NCBI RefSeq assembly: GCF_000690725.1
Contig: NW_007579125.1
Location: forward strand, 119,456-183,455
Direction of reading: 5' to 3'
Length of the DNA: 64,000 bases
Origin: Stegastes partitus
Lineage: Eukaryota
Positions 11,101 to 21,700 of this stretch are shown in pieces. Under the pieces are notes generated by a model, which did not search any database, was not told where the DNA came from, and saw only the letters and a program-made list of their open reading frames with translations. A program made the position numbers and the translations under genes. The first letter of the stretch is position 1; each line of letters starts with the position of its first letter.

Positions 11101-14100
11101 AGTGGACTGCAGATACTTTTCTATCACCTTTGGCACAGAGAAGAGGGAATTTATTGCAAAACCCAGCAGCAACCCACGATGAATGTCCCAATCCCAATCT
11201 TAAGATCCAATTCAAGGACCCAGCAAAATTTCAACAAACACATGACACGAAGGTGCATGTTACACTTACAGAGAAGCTACTTCACTTGATCCTGACTTGA
11301 TTTAACACAAGCTAGAGGGCATTAAGAAGGCTTTGGCATGGTACCATTTACTAGCTAAACTCCCACAATGCTCTCTGCTTTCCAACATGGAACTGCTACC
11401 TGGTCTGATTGCCACAGTATTAAACAGTAAGAGGTTCATTGGTTACGCTGCAGTACCTGGTGGTAAAACCAAGCACTACAGCTAATATACAATACTTGAA
11501 GTGTGTATTATATGGTAAAATGTTACCAGGTATCAACAGACAGTAAATAATACATGTGTTGGACAGAACTGTGAGCAAATAAAACTTGATATCCCTCATA
11601 ACCACACAAGTTAAAGGCTGTCAGTGGAGAAATGAGCCTTTTTGGCCTTAACTACAATGGATTCTGTTGCAGAAAGACATCTGACTACGTATATGCTATC
11701 AGGAACTGTGAGCAATTAAAGTAATGTAATAATTTGCTCAAGTTGAAGTTTAAAGAATTAACTTTCTCTTAATTGTCATCTCAGCCATATATAAAGCATA
11801 TGATGGGATGAAATAGACAATATGTACTGCAGGGTAAAATACAAAGTGCGAACATACAGTTTGACGAGACAAAACAGTGTAGAAGTGGACACCATAGCGC
11901 ATCGGTCCCCAACCACCGGGCCGCGGACCGTTACCGGACCGTGGGTCATTTGGTACTGGGCCGCACAGATAGAATAAAAACGTTTTATTGGTTTATTTTT
12001 ATTTCCAGCAGAGACTGCAGGGTGTTTTATTTTGAAACATGACTAGCTCGTCTTCCCGTCACTTCCGTTTTCGTTCGTTTCCCGCACTTGACTGTCAGTT
12101 TTTATGTCCGGCTGCTAAACGAAGCCGTCAGTCAAAAACAAACGTCTCAGGAGAGCTGCTTTGGAAAGTGGGAGAGACTTGATACTGAGACAGAGAAAAA
12201 GTAAACATGTTAAGCAATAAAAAGTAATTTTATTTATTTATGAAACTTTTTAATAGAAAAAAAAAAACAATTATTATTTGTTAGGTGCGCAATGACCGGT
12301 CCGTAGAAAAATTTCTTGCTTAAAACCGGTCCGTGGTGCAAAAAAGGTTGAAGACTGCTGCCATAGCGGATGAGACTGACTAAACACTGACGACTGTATC
12401 CGTTTCAGGGCTAATAACAGGTTGAGTCAAACTAAGCTGAACTGTTTTGAATCAATCCGTCCAACTGTCTTGTTACCACCACTGTTGCTTTTTAAATTTG
12501 GCTGTCATGATACAAGTTCAGCAAATTGGTTAGTAAATTATTGAAAACACACTGACCGTGTACTCATTGCTGCTGGAATCAACAGGCTGCAGTTTGCACT
12601 GGAGGGAGTGGTACTGTCTGTCCAGAGGGTGTTCATCACTGTCCTCACTGGACTGGACCATTTTAACTGCTATCTGGATGTCACTCAAGGCCTTAAAAAG
12701 AAAGCAGACAGACTTTAAATGTACACATGGTTCAGTATGTAGCAGATAAAGACAAAAACATCACCAAACTGGAGCACTTCTTAACTCATTCGAAAAATCT
12801 TACCTCCAACAGGGCAATCTTTTCCTTCAGTTCGTCTTCTGAGCGAATGATTGGAGGAGTTTTCAACCTAAAAAAGAAATACTTTCTTTAGCTACAACAA
12901 CACAGGAATCCATGTAAACAATTCAGACGTTGGTTCTGATGCAGCAGTGTGTTAACAGTTGAACTGCACATTCCCTACCCAAAGTCATGTGGGATGCGGG
13001 TGTAAAACTGGTTGCACGCTTCCAGCAGCTCTTTATTGCTGCCCTTCTTCTTCAAACACTCTTCGATTCTCTTCAGTGCCGTGTAACCTGCACGGATCTG
13101 CTCTGAGGTCAGCTTCCCTAAAGGTACGAAGAAAAACACAAACAGCATGAAGCAAAACAGTGAAAGCTTTGGAAATACTGGTCACTTTTTCACCAGCGGA
13201 ATACATTCAAACAGTCATGAGACACAACTGAGAGCTTGTTTGCATCTTTTGATGATATTGTCGCATGATTGATGCGGAAAAGTAAATTTTGAGGATGTAA
13301 AGTGTACAAACTAAAAGAGTATATCATGACACACTTCAGTACATTTCTGCAGTGATTTGTTTGCAAATTGAGACCGACCGAGCGGAGCTTTCCGCGTGTC
13401 GAACTTCATCTCCAGCACACACTCCTCCATGGCTTTGAGGTCACAGATGAGCTCCAGGAGAGACTGAACCTTCACATCCAGCTTGGAGGTCTTCTTTTTG
13501 GGCGCAGCATCCACCACGGTCTGGTTTTCCTCCTGGAACAGTGAAATACATTCATGAACACAACAGAAGCTGCTTTTTTCCAAGATGTCAAGTCCTAAGG
13601 ATAAATATGTTAAGGGCATAAATATTTTTGGCTCTTTAAACTTCAAAGTACCTTTTCATTCGTGCTGTAGTCCATGAACACCAGGTCATATTTTCCAGCT
13701 ACTTTCTCAAAACTGTCTCGCTGCTCCCACTCATTCTTTGTCTTGTCAAAGAACCTGCAGCAAAAAAAAAAGAAAAAAAAGCAGAATTGTATTAAGCACA
13801 CTTCCACGCAAGACCTGTGGCAACCTTCTTTAAATCAGTCACACAGTCTCACTTTTTCTTGAAGGTATCTTTGGCCTTCAGCAGGTCTCCACCACAGGCT
13901 GTGAGGCTGCTTTGACCCACTTTACCCACTGCACAAACACCACATAAAAAATGAATTAATTCAGTCACCACACAGTAATTTCATTTCAGAAAAGCTTTCT
14001 TGTGTATATTTTTTTGCATAATGACCAACATTTACATACAAATAAAAACAAAATCAGAGAGCAGTAAACTCACCTCTGCCCCATCTGTTCCACACGCTGT

Positions 14101-17100
14101 AAGCCTTTGAGCTGTCGTCCTCCAGCAGCTGGATCAGGTAGTATTTATTGTTGTTGAACTGAAGATTAGTCTGCAAAATAAGACAAAGCTTAAAAATTAA
14201 TTCGCCCTCCCACAAGCCATAATCTAAAATGAAAACACAATTGTTTTAAAGCCTTTGCTTGATTTAATTTCGTTAGATATCATTTCAGAAGCAGTCTAGG
14301 AGTTGTTAACTGTGAAGCACAGTAAAATTAATTTGTTCTAAAATCAAATGCTTGAAACCATAAATAGATGTAATTAGAATTTCTATTAAACTAAGCTCAA
14401 ATTACTGCTTTAGTAAATCAGCACTACTCAGTGTGGGAAAACAAAATATTTGATGAAAACATACCTCCAGCTTTGATTGTATAAAAGGTATATTTCCTAA
14501 TAAATTTGGCATATAGCTGAATCAACCTGTAATTAAATGCTGTTCAAAGATTTACCTGGTTCAGCATCACATCATAAACATCTTTTCCTTCATTGTAGAC
14601 ATGAGCCTGAAAGAGAAAAGCAAAAATTAGTTACATAAATGAGGGTAACTACATTAAATTAGCATCCTGTAACATACTATTTAATGAGGTTTAAGACATA
14701 CACAATTTAGGAAATTGCACACTTATAACACAAGTAAAAAGTGCAATAATAATTAAAATACTCCATAAGCTTTACAAACAAACAAGCAAACAAAAAATGA
14801 TTTGATGAACCAATTGTAATTATTATTGATTAGCTTTCTAGTGTCCACTTAGCATTCTGAGACTGCCTTGTTTGTTCAGCTGACAACACAAAACCAAAAA
14901 AAATATGTATTTTATTCACTATTATTTAAAGAAAATTGACAAATTAAATTCTTTGTAATGTCTTGGAACAAGTAATTGCTAGCAATTTTTACATTCAAAA
15001 AATGACTAATTATTAGCTGTTTATCGATTCCGCTGGTAGTGGGGCGAAAAGATACGTAACAAGGACTGCAAATTAAATCTTAAAAGAAATAAAGATAAAT
15101 TACAAAAAAAAAAAGTGTACTAGATATTATTCTCACGCAATAGCAGATAAACAAATAGCATAGTTGTTGGCATTTAGATGTGCAGAACTGAATGCTTTCA
15201 TTTTGTTTGCTGCAATGACATTGTTCAGATTTGTTGCCTATCGACTGAGTTTTTGCTTGACTCGCTTACATGTTTAAAAAGTTACTCTGGTTAAACAAGA
15301 TTTAAACTTCAATCTAATCATTTATGTTGTAACCAGACATTTAGAAGCACACTTACAACACCATGTCATGCCCACAAAGGGAACTGTAACTGGAGCAGTG
15401 CTTTGCCAAAACCCCTCTCACAACCAGGTGTCAAACCGCAAAACACAACCGATGTGACTCATGAGTTTCATGTCTCGTGTGGTCACAGGAAACTTTACCT
15501 TTCCAAGCTTGGCTTTACATTCAGCGTCCACTGGAGCTTTGCCCTTCATAACCACCGTCTTCACAACCTCTGTTGAGCACACGGACATCATGACATCAAT
15601 GAGGTGAGCTGGCATTTGCTAGGTACACTATCACAACACTATCACATCCTGTTCACCTGTATAAACTCACAAGCGTAAAAACAGCAAAAAAAAAAAAAAA
15701 AAGTCCACAGTTGTAAATTAGTTAAACAACATATATAACAAACTAGATCTGTATTACCTTCGCTTTTTATTTCTTCTTTGGGCATTTCTTCCTTTTCTGT
15801 CAGCTTCTTGCTTTGTCCTCTCCTCCTCTTAGCTGCAGGTTGCTCTTCCGTCTCCTCCTCTTCCTTTTTAACTTGAACCGGTTTGCTATTCTGAGTATTC
15901 ACGTCGCCAGCCTCACTGGAACTTTCTTAACAAAAGAACAGAAAATATATATTTTTTTAAATACTTTGAGAAGTTTAGCTTTTGTGCAAACCCAAATATG
16001 ATGAAAAAACTGAACAAATGCAAGATAATTTTGATAATTCTGCTCCTGTGATTGGTACTATACCTATCAAAATGTTTACACAACTGCAACTATTTGAGCT
16101 GACTGCAATTATTTTGCATCATTAAAATAGTTTCACCTGTTAAAACCAGCTGGATCAAACTAACAGAAATATCACAGTTCAATCACTATTTCCATGTCAT
16201 TTTCCAACATTTGCGCTCCCTTCTGCTATTGTTAAATAGCACAAACTATTCATCGAGGTGCCTAACTTTTAATATTTGACCGTCTGTATTTTAATAAGCA
16301 TCTAAATTTCATGGATTTAGTTGCAAAGTCAAACACCACAGGATCTCTGTGGGCCCCTGCTGATATTAAGCCAAATGAAAAAGAAGGACAGCCCAGTAAT
16401 GTGGAAGGAGCAATTTGTCACATTACCACCAAATTGCATATTATGAAGAGAGAAAGACAATTAAATCTTTAATCACGATTATTTACATGACAGTTATTAT
16501 TCAACTGATATTTCATGATTGTGACAGCCCTAACTACTACAACTAACCCTAACCCTTTCCTAAAAATTCTAATACAACACTAGTTTTGAAAATGTAACAG
16601 TCTCATTTTACAATTCTAAATGTGGATTTGTTGAAAATAGACAGCCCCCAGAAAGCTGGCATGTTGAAGGGATGACAGAAACTAAGCATTAAAAAAAAAA
16701 ATCTGGAAAAAGAAAAAGGGAACATATACAGTGTGATACATAATAATACAAACCTGGCTTTACAGTCTGAGAGCGTATTTTCCTCTTGTACTTAGTAACA
16801 GGGTTAATCTGGAACATCTTCTTTAGATCAACTTCGTAGGCTGTCCCCGAACCCAGACTCAGAGTGACAGATGTTTTCCCTGAAGAAACAGCCGAGTCCA
16901 ACAAGGCACAGGCTGAAGGCGAATATGGTTCCCACTGTCCTTCATCTCCCTTCCACTGCCACACTGATCACATAGAGAAAGACAGAGTAGTTATAATTTC
17001 GCTGCTGAAACAGGTTGAATATTTTAATTTCAAAACACTTGGGGTTCCATTAACTTGTCATTTGCTGTTTTTGTTGCATTTAATAGAGTAAATGATTAAT

Positions 17101-18183
17101 GCATTAACCCAAAACATCTTTAACATTAATCAAAATTGAACATAATCTTTCACAGCAGCCCTGGTATACAGGATAATTAAGATTAATAGCTCACCGTCAT
17201 TAACTTGAAAAGTTACAATTGATTAAATTCATAAACAAGACATTTCTTTTCATTAAAATACTGGTTCTGATTACGGTTTGTTGCCTTTCACGGGTGTTTC
17301 TGTTCAAATTTTATTCCTCTGGTACTAATAACAGGTACAAACAAGTGGAAAGTAAACACAGAGAGTTCATTGTTTGTTAGTTTTACTTTGTTGTGGACAA
17401 AATTAATATAGTGCTTTTTCATTGTTATAATTTAAAGCTTCTGGAAAAGTCTTTTTTTTTTTTTTTTTTTAAAGGAAATTGCCAAAGGAAACGTGCAAAA
17501 CGAAAACGAAACCAAAACAGGTATCTGCTTGAAGCATCACACATTGCAATTCCAATATATTGCCTGATATTAGCTGTAAAAGCCTAAAAATGATCCTTAT
17601 TGCCGATATTTGTCTGTGAGCAATTTTGAGCCCAACAGTATGTTCAACTGTAGAAATATTACATGAAACAATTTGCTCTTATTTCACCCGAAGACCTGAA
17701 TATTTGGTTAAACACCACCTCCTACTACTAAAGTGAAAAGTCAAATCTTCGTAAAACTGGTATTTAATGCCAAAACCGTGGATGTTTGCTTGGTGAACAG
17801 TATGAAGCTGCAATACAAATACAATGCACCACATACATCCGTTTTTATCCAGGACTCCTGTCTGACTGGTAAAACTGGATTTGACAGTTTCAGGTTATTA
17901 TAACATGTCGTACCAGGTTCAGATACCACACTGAGAATAAACTTAGTTGATTTTTACAACTTTACATACACAGTAAAGCCAGGTTAGAGTACTTATAAGA
18001 TCTGATAACACTGATTTCCTGCTGCTCTTTGCCCAGACATGTCCTCAGTCCGAGTGCCGTTGTCCACTTACAGCAGCTAACGGCAGCTAAAGCTAAAAAC
18101 AAGCACCAACCTGTTTTCGACTGGACTTCTTCACTGTCTGGTGCACTCTGACTTTTATTTGCGGAACCTCTTGTTCGTCTCAT
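7949..18183 (-). CDS. parp2: poly(ADP-ribose) polymerase 2 (parp2): gene span, 16 coding exons, about 580 aa, plus an optional WWE exon
   Basis: Minus-strand exons translate to a protein colinear with human PARP2 as recalled from memory. Examples: ...[22 protein letters not shown]..., [56 protein letters not shown]...[17 protein letters not shown]...[21 protein letters not shown], and the C-terminus ...[30 protein letters not shown]. All 15 introns are GT-AG with consistent phases. Confidence 0.85.
9000..9124 (-). CDS. parp2: parp2 exon 15
   Basis: ORF-track ORF 8843..9208. Encodes [41 protein letters not shown](L). Donor gttagt. Confidence 0.85.
9400..9498 (-). CDS. parp2: parp2 exon 14
   Basis: ORF-track ORF 9253..9504. 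Encodes [33 protein letters not shown]. Donor gtgagt. Confidence 0.85.
10451..10550 (-). CDS. parp2: parp2 exon 13
   Basis: Encodes (R)[33 protein letters not shown]. Donor gtaggg. Confidence 0.8.
11000..11127 (-). CDS. parp2: parp2 exon 12
   Basis: ORF-track ORF 10981..11172. Encodes [42 protein letters not shown](R), the start of the catalytic domain. Confidence 0.8.
11885..12360. mobile_element. MITE-like non-autonomous DNA transposon with terminal inverted repeats, in parp2 intron 11
   Basis: 5' end cggtccccaaccaccgggccgcggaccggt and 3' end accggtccgtggtgcaaaaaaggttgaag are inverted complements (caacc...ggaccggt). The interior is AT-rich, with internal accggtccgt repeats. Confidence 0.5.
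12557..12691 (-). CDS. parp2: parp2 exon 11
   Basis: Encodes [45 protein letters not shown]. Donor gtcagt. Confidence 0.75.
12804..12867 (-). CDS. parp2: parp2 exon 10
   Basis: Encodes (G)[21 protein letters not shown]. Donor gtaaga. Confidence 0.75.
12979..13117 (-). CDS. parp2: parp2 exon 9
   Basis: Encodes (G)[46 protein letters not shown]. Confidence 0.8.
13379..13532 (-). CDS. parp2: parp2 exon 8
   Basis: ORF-track ORF 13311..13646. Encodes [51 protein letters not shown]. Confidence 0.8.
13652..13754 (-). CDS. parp2: parp2 exon 7
   Basis: Encodes (K)[34 protein letters not shown]. Donor gtactt. Confidence 0.75.
13853..13928 (-). CDS. parp2: parp2 exon 6
   Basis: Encodes (V)[24 protein letters not shown]. 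Donor gtgaga. Confidence 0.75.
14074..14170 (-). CDS. parp2: parp2 exon 5
   Basis: Encodes [32 protein letters not shown]. Donor gtgagt. Confidence 0.8.
14556..14606 (-). CDS. parp2: parp2 exon 4
   Basis: Encodes [17 protein letters not shown] (human [17 protein letters not shown]), in the WGR domain. Donor gtaaat. Confidence 0.8.
15499..15569 (-). CDS. parp2: parp2 exon 3
   Basis: Encodes (E)[23 protein letters not shown], matching human ...KGKAPVDPECTAKVGK. Donor gtaaag. Confidence 0.75.
15758..15925 (-). CDS. parp2: parp2 exon 2
   Basis: Acceptor ttgttaag|aa, with an in-frame TAA just upstream. Encodes (E)[55 protein letters not shown] (basic, NLS-like N-terminal region). Donor gtaata. 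Confidence 0.65.
16754..16963 (-). CDS. candidate alternative cassette exon encoding a WWE domain, inside parp2 intron 1 (210 nt, phase 1-1, in-frame with parp2 exons 1 and 2)
   Basis: ORF-track ORF 16689..16964. Acceptor ctctatgtgatcag|tg, with an in-frame stop 6 nt upstream forcing this acceptor. Encodes (V)[69 protein letters not shown], a textbook WWE motif pattern. Two possible donors: cca g|gtttgt (phase 1, compatible with parp2 exon 2) or act|gtaaag (phase 0). Confidence 0.5.
18111..18183 (-). CDS. parp2: parp2 exon 1 (ATG 18183..18181)
   Basis: ORF-track ORF 17962..18183. Encodes [24 protein letters not shown] plus 1 nt. Donor GTTGGT. Confidence 0.7.
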
Positions 18184-18661
18184 GGTGTTTTATGGAACTA
18201 CTTCGCTAGCTGCAGTGGTAAAGGGGCCACAAGTGACAATAGCACACCGCGGGAAAGTTTTCTCTACTAACTTCCTGCTTGCTGAACTGGTGTGTGCTGC
18301 TAAAGATCGTTTTTCTGTGCGCATGCGTATTGGCAGTTACCATGACAACGGTTTTAACTGAAGTCTATTAGACTGACAACGTTTGTTGCAAATACGTTCA
18401 ACCATAATTTAAAATATATATATTTTATGCTTATGTGCAATTTTGTTCATACTATGATCACATGTTCACAAATTTGATCAAAGAAGAGAGTGTGCACCTT
18501 TGTCTTAAAGGGGGAACAAAGTTTCAAGGCTAAAAGGTTCCGCCTTAGCTCATAGTCGGAATTATTTTGTTAATGGACCGGTAAGCTCCTAACGTGCCGA
18601 ACGTGGATGGAATTTATGAGTTTAATTTGAGACTATTAAAATACTATTTAGCACCGCGAAC
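18184..18661. promoter_or_regulatory. bidirectional promoter / 5' UTRs shared by parp2 (minus) and mettl17 (plus), head-to-head
   Basis: The parp2 ATG at 18183 (minus) and the mettl17 ATG at 18662 (plus) are divergent and 478 bp apart. The interval carries CG-containing motifs (gcgcatgcgtattgg, ccgcgggaaag). Confidence 0.55.
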
Positions 18662-18730
18662 ATGGCATCGCGGTGCTTCGCCACTTGTGTTCTCCGTCAG
18701 CGGGCGGTTGTGGTGAAGCCGACCCGCAGG
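18662..18730 (+). CDS. mettl17: mettl17 exon 1
   Basis: Encodes [23 protein letters not shown]. Donor gtgagt. Confidence 0.7.
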
Positions 18731-21700
18731 GTGAGTGCGGTTCGTGGGTGTCATTGAACGCAGCGTCGTTTATCATGGAGGTCAGATAAACTGTTAACAC
18801 ACAGCTAGGAGAAAGAAAGAGTTAAACTCAGTTCACAGCACAGATTTATGGGGTAAAAATGTTAGAATATTTGTTGTATATGATTATTATTAGGGTTTAG
18901 GCTGCAGAATGGAATAAAAACTTCAAACGTTTCTCACTAGTGTTTTGGGTGATGAAACCTACAACTGGTTAAAATAACATTGATTTCATTTGCGACAAAC
19001 TGAAAACGTGTTAGATATCATCAACAAACTACCCAGCTTGATTAATATTTGTCTTGTTTATTACCTCTGTATTATTCTCTGCTTTATTTTTGTTTGATTT
19101 GTGGTCATATTGGTTGGACTTATACATACACTGTCTAATCTGCGTAAAATTGATGTTTTTCAACAGGATTCAAAGAACTAAACATTCTGTGATCTAAATA
19201 CTTCTCAGATATTTGTCTTCGTTACTAAATTTATGTTTGTGCCCCTTCTATTGTCATTTTTTAAAGAAACCTCTTCCAAATTATTTTAGCGTACTGCAAA
19301 AATTCATTCTTAAAATCGTTTTTTTGGGGGGTCTATTTTTTCTGTCAGTCAGTATTACTCAGATGTATTTAATTAGAATTATGAAAATAACTGTTGGGTT
19401 GGCTAACAAACTGTTTAATTGTGCATTCGCTTATGTTACTGATGATGTAGTTGTGATCTTTCTTAATAAAATTCCTGAAACACACCTTTATGTTCCCAAT
19501 TGATTTAAGTGTTATTTTTGTATTTAATTAAAACAGTGTTGACTTCTTTGTATAGAAAGAGACACGCAAAAAATTCAAAGCATATTGATGGTCGAAGAAT
19601 GAAAGCATTGCATGCAGTTAAAACTAGTACAGGGGAGAAATTTCACTATTTGACTATTTACACACATTGTCATTATTTTTTATGCAAAACAGTGTGAGAT
19701 GCACATTTCTGGAGTAGGTGTTTGAGAAATAAGATTTCCGTCTATCTTGCCTTGCAGATTTCAGTCCTTCTGCCATTCAGTTTGTAGGTAGTTTGTTTGT
19801 GATGCTCCTCTTGTGTGGATGATGGCAGGATAATAGGAATAAAATATTCCAATATGCACATTTTTTATGATAATATATATATATATATCACCTTGAAATA
19901 TAGTTCTTGTAAATGTAATTAAGAAAATGCATATCCAGTGTGAGTGTGAGAGTGTGAGTTATTTAAATAAGAAATCGAACATACGGTTATAGTTGGACTG
20001 GACTGAAGATTTTAGAAAATCTGGTTCTAGTAGTATTTTTGTTCTGTGCATTATTATACTTGACCTTAAAGGTGTATCAAATCTACATTCATGTGAACTT
20101 TACACTCTCAGGCAATGAGTGCAGCTGCCCATCTGCAGCCCCAGGCAGATTTCCTGAAAGGAGAAAAACACAGGAAGCACCCTGGTGTGACCAACCTGAA
20201 AGCTCTGCGACTACCCGAGGAGCTCCAGGTGGCTGCGCAGTCGATTATTCACAGTAAGCTCTGTTGTCATGTAGTACTTGTCAGCTAATATACCAAATGA
20301 TTCCTGCTTCTCAAAATTTGTGAAAACACTTTATCACTCCTCCTCTCCGGGTTCTCCGGCTTCCTCCTACAAGTCCAAAAACATATTGAGGCTAATTGAT
20401 GATTCTAAATTGTCTGTAGGAGTGAATGTGAGTGCTTGGTTGTCTGTCTCTAAGTGTAGCCCTACGAGAGACTAGTGATAGCCCCACGCGACCCTAGTGA
20501 GAATTAAACGATGTATAGATAATGGATGGATGGACTTTATCACTCCTTAATCTCTCCACCTACAGGAGCTCAGGTCACTCGGCTCCCCGAGCGTACTCAC
20601 AAACTCACAAACGTCCTGTGGAGCCGGAAACGAGCAGTCGAGGATTTACCGCTCAGGCAGAAAGCTATGAGTCTGGAGAAGCAGCTCTGGGAGGAAGCCA
20701 TGCAGAAGGATGGAGGTGGGTGGCACATGGACAAACAGTGATAACAACTGTGGAGAGATTTTCTGATGCAGCAGCTGGAGAAAATACATGTGCTTTGTAT
20801 TGCAGATATTGATGAGGAGGCGGTGGAAGACCGCATCAGGAGGAAGGTTTTCTCAGAGCTCAGAAGAACGACATATCGCTGGAGTCCCCTGAAGTAACGC
20901 ACAATTTATACACTGTGCATGCTCTTTTGTACATGGATAGTAGCCATGAATCTGTTAAATTTAGAAAATTACGGGTGTGTTCAGACATTCTCTCTCTGTT
21001 AGTTGACCCATTTCTCGTGGAGAAGCTGCCTCCTTTACCGATATTAGGCTAATCTATGCCAGTGTTGACGAATATTGAACAGTTTAAACCTTTAATTTAT
21101 AGAGTTTAGATGCTATAAAAGTCTTATGTGTTGAATTTTACTGTATAAGAATGTAATGTTGACAGATTGACCTTTCAAAAAACAGTAAACGGTGAACTCA
21201 GTTACATTTTGGAGCTTGAGTTGTAACAGACAGACTCTCTGTGTTGCAGGTTTGATGAAGAGTTAGGTGTGGTGTACATGGCGGCTCGGCTGGCTGGAGG
21301 CTACGCAGCCGTGAGGAGAGCTCTGAATGAGGTAACGAAGAGGTGTTAGATGGGATCATCGTCGGTGATGTGTGGGGCTTTCCTTTTAAGAGAGTTGGTT
21401 CAAGCAGATCACATAGGAAAAGCCTGTAAAAGTTACGGTGTCAGAGGGTGAGGTTTGTGCTTTATCTCTCCTAAGTGAGTGTTTTTGTATTTCAGATAAA
21501 GAAGAGAGATCCTTCGTTTGCCCCTCAGTCTCTCCTGGATTTTGGTTCAGGCCTGGGAACCGTTGCTTGGTTAGTTTGCAACACTGGTGCAACATTAAGA
21601 GAGTTTTGTCTAAATTAAATAAAAACAGTAAATGAAGTCTCTTTTTTTTTTTTTACTTCTGACAGGGCGTCCCACTCGTGCTGGGGCGACTCTTTGAAGG

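Noticed and set aside
18184-18661. Expected RNase P RNA (RPPH1) sharing the parp2 promoter, as in human
   Set aside because: Nothing in the interval resembles RNase P RNA conserved regions by eye. The divergent partner here is mettl17. This is left as a check in the findings.
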